Shown here in pieces: positions 1-28,493 of a DNA stretch of 34,719 nt. The stretch is from contig KZ539061.1 in assembly GCA_000934665.2 (NCBI GenBank), positions 1 through 34,719 of the forward strand, read 5' to 3'. This DNA is from Catajapyx aquilonaris. Lineage: Eukaryota. The notes beneath the pieces are model-generated. The model worked only from the letters and a program-made list of their open reading frames with translations, did not search any database and was not told the DNA's origin. Made by a program: the position numbers and the translations under genes. Positions within the stretch are counted from its first letter, which is position 1, and each line of letters starts with the position of its first letter.

Positions 1-126
1 TTCGATGTGGGTTTCACATATATATTTTTCAAAAAAATCGATGACTATGACCTGACACCTTTTTTCACTCACTGGCTGATCTGAAATGGAACCACCCCAC
101 AGAGGCAAAAGTATTCATGGAAACAA

Positions 127-132
127 TTTATT
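127..132 (-). promoter_or_regulatory. Candidate poly(A) signal of Sans
   Basis: AATAAA on the minus strand about 1.29 kb after the stop, followed by U/GU-rich sequence (TACTTTTGCCTCTGTGGGGTGGTT). A second AATAAA lies at 1046-1051. Confidence 0.4.
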
Positions 133-699
133 TTCTTCCCACTACAATATCTACATACATATGAATGTGGTAAACGACTTTGTGCACTATTTCTTATACA
201 CTGCATTGATTGGACTGGTGTAGAGATTGTTAACTTCTAACGTTTCATATGGCATGCTACATCTTAATGCATTTGTCAGTAGCAACTCGTGACCACATCA
301 TGGCCAAGTGCTGCTTCACTTTGGAAACTCACTGTTTCACTGACTAGGGGAAGCAGGCTGCTTTATATTATGTACTTGTTTAACGAAACACGATTTGTGT
401 GGTCATCACTGGTTTTACAAGATTTTCTTTTTGCTGGTTGCTGTTGTCACAGATTTGTACGTGCCTGAGAAGCATAATGTTTTAATATTTGAAAGAAGAA
501 TGTAGGCTCACATAATTGCGATAAAAATAGTACAAGGTTTTACGCTAATGAAAGTGAGAGAGTCACGCATATGAGGACATATAGTAATGAATCAGTCTAG
601 GAACAAGTATTCAACAAAATCTCAAGAAGTTGCATCTACCCATGAACCAAGCTTGATTGAGATCAAAGTAGCCAGAGAACCAGAAGACATTTCAAAATT

Positions 700-1134
700 G
701 ACCCCTATCCCAAGCATTTTCAGGCCCAACCACTATAAGAGCTGGTGTGACACATAGGGACATGTTTAGGGATATGGGATAGAGAAGGAAGGCGAAAGCA
801 AAAATGAGGCGAAGATGCCTTCGAGTGCATGGTTTGTTGAAGTGTACTCCCACTGCTGAATCAAACATGATTGCACCTGTGACATATTGTTGCAGTAACC
901 AACAGAGAAATATTTTGACAGAACACTCAGATGCATACTTATTATGCGTTGGATGTTTGGGCCAGCAGTCGGACAGGCCTCTGAGTGGTCTTAATAGGGT
1001 GTACACTCTAATGAACCTTGCTCTCAAAGTCATTATTGCCTTTCTTTTATTTTCCTTGCCTCCCTCCTTTATCCCTTATCCCTGTGTGTCACCAGGCCTT
1101 ATGGCTGTCTGGCTAGATAAGGCAAGATAAGGTC
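700..1134. repeat. Long degenerate inverted repeat (foldback/MITE-like) downstream of the Sans stop codon
   Basis: 807-851 aligns ungapped with the reverse complement of 997-1041 at 33/45. Similarity continues outward (CTGGTGTGACACATAGGGA vs revcomp CTGGTGACACACAGGGA; ends GACCCCTATC vs GACCTTATC) and inward (852-868 vs 953-969). Confidence 0.75.
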
Positions 1135-1418
1135 TGGGAGGGAGAGAAATTTCTTTAGGCTCTTCTGTAACTTGGACAACCAAAGATCCATGGGTAGATG
1201 AATGGGATTTTTATCATATTTGTTTCCGGATTAATTATTTGTAACCTTGTGTGCCTACAGTTCACTGCATCACTCTCATTTAAATGAACCCTGCATCAAG
1301 AAAGATTAAATGCAGCTAGCTGATATGTCAAGCATGTGTGTTGATATAGTTGTAATTAGCAACACATACTGCACATTCTGCAATTCAGGTTTCGTACTGG
1401 TCTGTGACTGCCTCTAAG

Positions 1419-19584
<18,166 letters not shown>

Positions 19585-20479
19585 GATTGTGAAGAACCCA
19601 GTGTACACTGGATACCGCAATATTTAAAAAAAAAAATTACGAGGTCAAAGCTGGTTCCATGGCTCAGGAGCACAACAAAGAGCCTACGCACGCCTCACAG
19701 GTAACCAAGCCTCTGCACAGGTGTTGCTGGCAGGTGAGATTGCTGACGTAGCCAGACAGAGACGGCCCCTTTCCTGTCCTCGCCAGCCAACCAGGCACAG
19801 TTTCCAATTCAAACTTGTAGGAGCCCCGGAAAGTGATGCAACTTTTTTTTTGCCTTCGTTTTAGGTGCCGTAGGAAGTAGTTTCTTTTATTGACAGAAAA
19901 GGCGGTTCACATTCTTGCGGTTTTGCCACTGAATAATATTATTTAAATGGGAAAGTGCTTGGGCGTCGATCAAGACTTTCGCATTGATTGTCAACACTGA
20001 AAGGCAGAAATATTGGCTTTAAATCTGTATATGTACACAATAGAAGGCACTGAAAATACCACATAATGCAGAACACAAGGTGTCAAAATGGTCTTATATG
20101 AACTCTCTCGTTTTAGGCGTAATAATGAACACTTCAGATATCAAGTTGAAAACCAGTTTTTATTTGCACAAAATGCACCGATGTTTTTGTGGTAAATTTT
20201 TTTTAATGCAATTTAATACATCATTCTGAGTAGTTGGACCAATGATAATTTTTGGAACGCTCAAAAATGGTCTAAATGCCATATTCAAATGTGCGACTCG
20301 AATGATCCGTAAAGCGAGCGGGCTATTTGCAGTTTTGTGTACAACTGACTAGCAAGTGAGAAAAATGAATGAGGTTAGAGAGACGAGGAATTATTGCAAA
20401 ATGATGCCAGAAAGATTACAGCATAAAGTAAATAGACAAGAAAAAACGATAAAGATGAGGAAAGTGTATGAAGATGAAA

Positions 20480-21700
20480 GTATTTCAAGAGGAATAATGT
20501 TGCTGGTACACAATTAGGATCAAACGGAAGGAAAGCAGTTGCACAAAGTGTTGAGTCATAGTAAATAGTGAAAGGTGAAAGAACAGTGAAGAGACGATAT
20601 TGTGTGAAGGAAGATGTGGCGTTTTGGTTGGACTAGGAAAATAATATGTTATGTATGAATATGTCTTCATGCCATAAGAGAAAATCCAAAGAAATGACAA
20701 AAAAGAAGATTATGTCAACAGTATTGTATTATTACATCCATACGATGACGTGAAAGTAACGTTCATATTTTGATCAAGTTGAACATGTTTTGAAAGGACG
20801 TTCATGTTCGTAATGAGAGAGATAGAGACAGCAGAAAAGTTAGATGAAATGTAAGCAACGAGATATCGAGCCTATAGGCCGTAATTTTCCAATAATTATA
20901 AATGTAATCATGCGAATGCGACAGGAGTAGAGAGAAAATCCAGATTTTCAAAACATAAGGCATGAAATTTAGTATGCTATAAAAGGTGAGCACTGGGATA
21001 AGAGTGATAAAAGTTCCAAATCAGGCATGAAACCATGGTGACACTGATTGTAGCAAACCAGAGCCCACAGCAAACAGATATGAGAATTACGGACATGCTA
21101 CCTAAAAGGTGTACAATCTAACTGCACACTAAATGCAGACTACATACGTGGATGTGTTAGGAACGAGGAAAAGATCCATAAAAGATACAAGTAATCAGAG
21201 GAAAGTAAACTTGCCGATAAGAACAGTAATAGAGCATAAGTGGAGTAGTTTGCATGTACAGAGATAGAACAGTAATGAGAATTCATGCTGTAATAGATTC
21301 GGAGAGAAATATAGAGAAAGCTTATATATTTACCAAGTGAATAAAAATAGCTAAACCATTGCAAGAAATTGTGACAAAATTCTTGTAAACAGCCAAATGA
21401 TGCGCATGACTAATAATACAATGTAAGGTACTGAGAAATAATATGGAATATTTGGAATTATGTGTGGTTAAAATAATAGAGTTTCTTCGTGGGGAAACAT
21501 GCCAGAATACCCGACTATGCTAATGATTATCAAATGTATGCAGTGAATGTGCGAACTACAGTTGACCATAAACGAACTGAAGTTTTTAAATTGTGCATAA
21601 GAATCAAGTAAGTGAATAAAATAGGCTGAAACCACATGCTCCCTTGAAACATGTCAAAATGCAGAATTATAGGATAAGTAATATGTAAGAAAATTTCTAT
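20480..21700 (-). mobile_element. Highly decayed LINE (CR1/L2/Jockey-like) ORF2 relic
   Basis: Collinear degenerate motifs across frameshifts on the minus strand: QGSMWFQPILFTYLI...SVRL (cf. QGSxLGPLLFLIYI...RLFADD), SHAHHLAV (cf. KHLGV), LQWFSY (cf. LSWxxHI), LSLYMQTTPLMLYYCS (cf. LYKxxVRPxLEYCS), FPSV...NCVPATLF (cf. SFFPxxxxLWNxLP). May extend to about 22200. Confidence 0.55.
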
Positions 21701-23751
21701 TTCGCCAATAAATATTAGCCACCGAATGTGCATTCCAAGGCAAAAAGAGAGAAACGAAATTGGTGTAATATGTTCTAGAATAATTGGGAAGTTTACACAA
21801 AACCGATCAGTAGTTTGATTGAATATACAATGCCTGTTACTCTCGCATAATGAGCATGTAGGGCGATTCCTTGACCTATTGCCAGACCAAAATGCGCTAC
21901 AATGGGAAGCATTATACAGAAGACTGCGTCACGGCGCCATGCGGCTGCAATTAAATATGGGTGACGTCACCCTTGTGATTTAGAAATAATATCCTGCTGG
22001 TTAGATCAGCCGGATACCATTGACAATCGGAGGGTGGCCTGACCAGCAGGATATCATAGGTCGCCATCAAAACTTGATTTACTCTGCACGTCGTAATGAT
22101 GCAAGCCAACGAATTATGCGAAGTATTTTGGTCTTGGTCAAGGTAATAGTCCAATCTGTCCCTTACACAGGAGTAACAGCAGCACGTATAGGCATGCAAA
22201 TGTAGAAAAGTATCAGATTCAAGACAGACTGACAACAAAGGCAGTTAGTTAAATTCCTAGAAGCGTGTGTTTCATACCGGTACAAAAATCTCAAAAGTAA
22301 CGCTAATCGGTTGCTGACAAGATGTTACCATGCGAGATACAAAGGGTCATTATAACGCAGTTGAGAACATCAGCCGAAGATTGAAAAAAGAAGAGGAAAA
22401 TTCAACACCCGTGCAATACAATATACAATATCAAATATGAGTGAGGAAACATGTTAAACATTTCACACGGTTAGTGCGTGATCATTAGACGAAGGGACAC
22501 TTCATGGAGAAGAAAAGAATGAAGTAGACTAGTAGAGTTTAAGGCTTCCTGAAGTCCATTAAAATGTACTCATGCACGGCTGACAGAAGGAATGCAGTGT
22601 GTCTCACAAATAAATGCTAGTGCCATTAGTCTACTGTGCGCGCTACTTTTACATTGCTTTAAAAACAACAGAAAAGTTAAAACCATTATTTTGAAATGTC
22701 ACAATTAAATCATATAAGAAAATATTAGCTTTGTCATAGCTTTGTCATACCATAATTGCGGCCTACTGAACTATAAATGGATTACATATTTTCAAACCTT
22801 TTTGGAATATTATGCAAAAGCACATTTAAAATTCCTAATCAATACTCATAGTAAAATAGATAAAGAAGAACAGTGGAATATAGAAAAGTGCATGCTGGTT
22901 TTTACAATCCATGTGTAGAGCCCAGGTGAAAACAGCCAAAGAAATCATTAGCTTTGTCATAATGTAGTTGATAGTTGAATGTAAAATACAGGCAAAAATA
23001 GATCAGGTGAAATTGTTTAAAAACCTTTACACTGTAGATTGGGCTAAACGTAAGCCTTGTAAGAGGTAGAAAGATGGCAAGTACATCAGAATGTCAAGTT
23101 AGGCATGCGAACTATCAGAATTTTTTTGCAATACGAAAATTAGTACTGTAATGAGAATGTAAAGTGTGCCAGAGTGATTTTCAGTTTGATATAATTAAGT
23201 ACACATGCATTGTTATAGACTTAGTTTTTTCATACGGTACGTCATATAGTTTAGGAACATTAGCATAGTTTTATACAGGTTGAACTAAAGCCATATATCA
23301 AATAGCCCTTACGGACTATGTATACTCATGTACTACATGTTTAAAGAGTTTAGCCAGATGTATCCTGGCGCAATGCTATAGTATCATGATTCGACCAAGA
23401 TAAAGTACTGTACGCGGGGGAAAAAACCCTCAAAAGTGCTGATGGTTGCAAAGCTTCAGGATACGTATGGCCAAAACTTTTGGTGACAAACAGTACAATT
23501 AAGACTAACAAGTAAGTTCTGCAGTAGGCACAAGTGGCACTAAATATTAATTGTTATACTGTACATAGATGTTGCTACTTTGAGAGCATAGCACTTGAAA
23601 GGAAACATTTGCAGCTAATGAAAATCACATCGTGAGTATTAACATTTTAACATTGCACATAAACTGAACACAGCCATTTAAGGGGGGTGGAAGAATGCAA
23701 GGCACATGCTTGCCTGCGAAAAGGGTGGAAAGTTAAGAAACATAGTTAACC

Positions 23752-23881
23752 TACAGTAGGCCCAACCTAAATCTGCATGGCTTTATTTTTTTTTCAGTCT
23801 TCCTGGTCATACCATCCTGGCCATCATACAAGGACTGGAAAAACCCATAAAGCTGTGCAGATTTAGTTTGGGTCGACTATA
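23752..23881. mobile_element. pogo/Tigger-type MITE (about 126 bp plus TA duplication)
   Basis: Arms of about 48 bp: TACAGTAGGCCCAACCTAAATCTGCATGGCTTTAT... vs revcomp TATAGTCGACCCAAACTAAATCTGCACAGCTTTAT.... CAGT-type terminus with TA at both ends. Confidence 0.8.
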
Positions 23882-25503
23882 CTGCATTCTAGTCATAAGA
23901 AGATGTAGAGGTAATAAGTTTGGCAGATTTTTACATTACTGGTACTGATTCAATAAATCCAGAAGATATGTTTTATAAGGAAACATTCATATGCTAAATA
24001 CCCATTTGTTAATCATTTCTGTAGTGTGAAGTGAAGTATCCAGCAGGCGAAAATGGTAACTTACTCCATAGGAAGAAGCGATGAAAGACAATTTGGAGAT
24101 TAGATGATGATGGAAAGGCCCATCTGTTCGGAAGAGTATGAGACAGTGGCATAGTGTAAGAACATGTCGTGACATGAGGTATTTCTAATATATTTGTACA
24201 GCTTCCTCAAACCAATCGTATGTAACAAAAATACTGTAAATCTTCCGCAGTGAGAAAGAAATTTGAACATGCTATTAGTCCGGCGTAAAAGTTGAGGAAC
24301 AGAGATCAAGAAAAGTCATGAAAGACGGTGTTAATGACTAGTTGTAGCATTTTTTGTTACATCCTTAAACGACGCATAAGTCACTGAAGCCACTATGATG
24401 TGAAAAATGAGTTTTTTTTTACAATAATGTAAGTGAACATATTCAAATGAATAAGAAATCATGCGGGAGATCATGTAAGAAAAGAACAAGGTAAAAGAAT
24501 TTTAAAGAATATAGAGAAACTGAGCTTAGGTACAAAAAACCTGCAACGTTTTGAAGAACACTGGATGGGTTTCGTAATTTTGACCACCAGAATAATGAGT
24601 AAACTGTCAGTTATTGGTTTGGATCTAATTGCACCATGTGATAGCGCTTATTTCCCAAAGAAACTATATAATTTTCAATTTGTGTATCTTATATGAACAG
24701 TTGAACACCCTGGCAGGCTGTTGGTGCAGCCGGATCCTAATTTCTGAGGGCAGAATATTAATGTTTTTGGTCATTAAAAATTCTGGGTGTGGTTGTAAAC
24801 TATAGGCACAAAATAATTGTCATTGATATTTGCACTCTCTGTAAAAACAGTACCAAAATTAATGCCGTCGATAAAAGTGAAGTGAATTATCGTATTATTA
24901 ATATTTTGCCCTTTTACGTACTGTATATTCGCACATTAGTTATCCAGTTCAGTTCTGTTTCAATAGGCGTTACATGTCAAAACAAATTCTGAGAAACAGG
25001 AAAACATCCCACAACAACAAAAAATTGCTTGGGGGTGTATAGACAACAGAGACTTGTGAAGTAGTAACAGAAATTTCCTAAATATACTGTAGATAAGGAT
25101 ATTTGGCCATAGAAAATGTGAAGCTGCAGCAGCGGGTTGAGTGAAGTAATGCGTCGTTATCCGAAAAATAGACGAGATAGCTGCCAGAGTTGCTTCTTCA
25201 TAGTCTGAGGCAATGGTGACGGGTCAATATTGGGCTGAAAAGTAAAATTAACGCATTAATATTAGCCAAAAGTAGGTGTGGTGAGAAGTATTTTTGTGTT
25301 TTACCTTATATGTAATATTAAAGGAACTTTAGATAGGCATCACTTCTTCCATGAGCAAAGATTTTGCTTATGCTCCTTACGCTGGAAACAAAAGTAATTG
25401 CAGAATGTAATCCATGTGTAAAATATAAGTCATAATATGAAATACAGAGTAATGTATAGACAATTCTGCACCTGTATGCCTGACATACGACAACAAACCC
25501 GTG

Positions 25504-25576
25504 TGCTTCCGCTGGGAATCGAACCCAGGTCCACATTCAATGTGATATGTGTGCTCTGCCACTAAGCTACGGAAGT
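25504..25576 (-). ncRNA. Second tRNA-like cloverleaf, related to 2031-2100
   Basis: ACTTCCG TA GCTT AGTGGCA GAGC A CACAT ATCACATTGA ATGTG GAC CTGGG TTCGATT CCCAG CGGAAGC A. A and B boxes intact, stems paired except the first acceptor pair (A-C), anticodon loop 10 nt. Confidence 0.75.
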
Positions 25577-28470
25577 TATGGTGGGTCTGGTGACGATAGG
25601 CACACTATTTCAAATGTGTATGATTGTTATGATTCATCCTCAGCTGTGTTGAGTACATAAGAGTACTGACCCAGCAATGGCCAGTGACTAAGACTAGTGT
25701 CCAACCACTGTTGATCTGAACTTCCCAAGGCCATTTTCTCGGCTAATTTCTGCATATTTCCTGCATCAAAGGTTACAATCTAGACTGACCTCACTCTTTT
25801 TCTTTGCCATCGAGTTCAGTCTATTGTAAAGTCCAAACGGGCCATTTCACAATAGACACCTTGAATCGGGGCCGCTATTCTCGACGACCTTCTCTTTGTA
25901 ACGGAGTAATTTCGAGGTGAACAAGAGAAGGGAGATATACGGTATGGTGTTGTACTAGGAGTCAGGGAAAAGGGAGGTGTGGTTTAGGGGTAAATGCATG
26001 CTTGGCCGCCCTTCACGTCGACCACACCCTGGTAACTAGATTACTCGAACAAATGTTTGCCACTACTTGTAATTTTAGACACGATTTCTTATATAGAGGA
26101 CTGAAAAATGATTTTATCTCATAAGAAGCCCCCCTCATATTTTTTGAAGAGTGATTTATCAGACACTATGTGCATTTACGTAACATAGTATATTACGTGC
26201 TCAAAGTTTTTTAACCTTTCGCATGCACCCTGAGGCGGTATTTTCAAATATTCGCCACATTTCCGGTATTCAGATCATTTTTATGACTATACGCATTGTA
26301 TGATAATACTTGCTTTTGGTCGGTTGAACCTAGCGAAAAATGAGACTTTTTACAGCCTTTGTGCAATTAAGCTACCGCAACGAAAAAAAAAAACTGTTTT
26401 CTTAAACGCCCAGCCCTTAAAATCGTCGAACTTTCACTCACATACGTACAGTACCGCTTCCGTATCGAGAGTGCCTTTGAAAAGTAGCGTACACTGCAGG
26501 AAATGCCTTGCACTAGGCAACCAGTTGTGGAAACCGAAGTTCCTTAATTTAAATATATTCTATGAGTCAGAATTGACTGTACTGTGCGATGCAGGTTCCA
26601 CTGACACATATAAATACCCGCAGCCTGTGGCACGAGAAACAGCAAATTGTTCACCTGCAGAACCGCTATCTGACGGGAGACACGTTGTAAAATTACGTCC
26701 ATGTTTTCAAGTAAAACAATCATGATATCAATAAGTTAGATTACCGCATCATGCCATATTTAAGGGCTTTATTTCTAAGATGAATTATATTCGAAATATT
26801 GTGTATGTCCCTGTGTAAATTGCACTTTTCACGGCCTATTTGTAATAAAATTATTAATAGTTATTTTTAAGTGCGATTTTCCGCAAGGAGTTTATCGTAT
26901 AGATCACCTGGTATAGAGGAATTGTACCAGTCGGTGTGGCGGTTTATTGCCTATTAATGATGATTTGGGTTAGTTATGCAACTCCGTGTTCACTGATAGA
27001 CATACACTCCATGGTACGTGCTGTCACAACGAGAGAAAGGAAGTCTACTTTCCTTACAAGGGCAGTTCGAAACGAGAGCAAAATGTAACTACTTTTTCGC
27101 CTACACAATGCTATCAGAAAGGGGTGTGAACAGCCATGTCGTCGTAAAATATAGAGCATTTCCGTAAGTACTGCCAAGGGAAAGCATTGGCTATTTTGAA
27201 CAGAGCACAAAATGTACTGTACAGTCAAGGAACCGAGGTTACCGATAATACCTAAAATCACACGTTCACCTGATGCGATTGAAATAATAATGAGATGCCC
27301 ACATCATTCTGGGTATCACTAACCTAGTGATGCTATTATTACATTCAAAAACATCAGTAAATAAGGCATATCATGCCGACATTTAACCTTTCAGAAGGAT
27401 AAGACAATAAAATAAGTTAAGGAATAAGTAACCTCTACTACAGGTGCTGTGAGAGATTTTAAGCATTCACTGGGGTTCAACAGTGTACGACGAGATTTTG
27501 CTACTCCTAAATATTATTGCTATGGTGTGTACAGTAGGCCTACACGAAGCTGTGTGAAATGCTACGTATTTTTAGTTCAGAAAAAATGACATTGTCGACT
27601 AGCAGCACATCCTCTGTTTCACTTTTATTGAAATTATTACAAAAACAGCAAACAAACAAAAACCATAACGTGGCTTAAAATATGTAGTCAGCGATGAAGG
27701 GGGCACAAATTATGGTTTAAAATAACCCACACAAACATGCGACTTTCAATGACATAGGTCGCGTATTGTAGCACATTAGGCCTATAGCCCTAATCAAAAC
27801 AAACTTTGTAGGTATTGAATAATCTTAACCTTGAAATATAACTAACATCTCGTTAACCGCAAGCAAGCAACCACAATCTAAAAATAACACTAACCTTTAC
27901 ATATGGAAATAGTCAATCTGGTGTTCCGGAGCTAAAATTAGTCACAGTAATCTTTTTGTGTATCTGTGGTAATTTGCATAATTTGTACATGCAGCTGCTG
28001 GAGTTGCTAAACTTGTGCACGCCTAATGATGTTTTTATAGCACCAGGCATAACTAATACCATACACTATATGACAACAACTATTCCCATTAATGACTTCC
28101 AATAGCTACAACCATTATACTTGTAATGAAAACAATTTAAAGCCATATTTTTTTAATACTTATTATACAATATCCACTGGTCGAATTTTCCGGGTAGCAA
28201 ATAAAGAATTTGTCCTCAGACTTATATATATTTTTTTGAAAAAAATAATTCATTGCACCCAATGCAGTCGTGCAATTAACGTCCAGTATTTTTCATGCCC
28301 ACCAGCAGTGTTATGTTTGTGGCACATCCTAAATTCCGGTATATACCTCATGAATCAGGGGGAAAAAAACACATCTCACACATTCATACAACCTTCAAGA
28401 AAAGTCAAAACATATTTGTTTTCAACTAACTTGCAACAAGGTGGCTTATTTGAAAACAAAAATATGCAAC

Positions 28471-28493
28471 GACCGGTTTCGACCTCTGTAGGT
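28471..28493 (-). mobile_element. Truncated Penelope-type minimal hammerhead motif (relic)
   Basis: Minus strand ACCT-ACAG-AGGT-C-GAAAC-CG-GTC gives stem II, GAAA, a minimal stem III and a GUC site. The CUGANGA half of the core is absent. Confidence 0.45.

Noticed and set aside
692..1130. Overlapping opposite-strand ORFs of 113 and 108 aa
   Set aside because: They coincide with the inverted repeat downstream of the Sans stop and show no protein-like motifs.
25897..26051. TG...CA-bounded segment resembling a small LTR
   Set aside because: No target-site duplication, too short and no second copy in the window.
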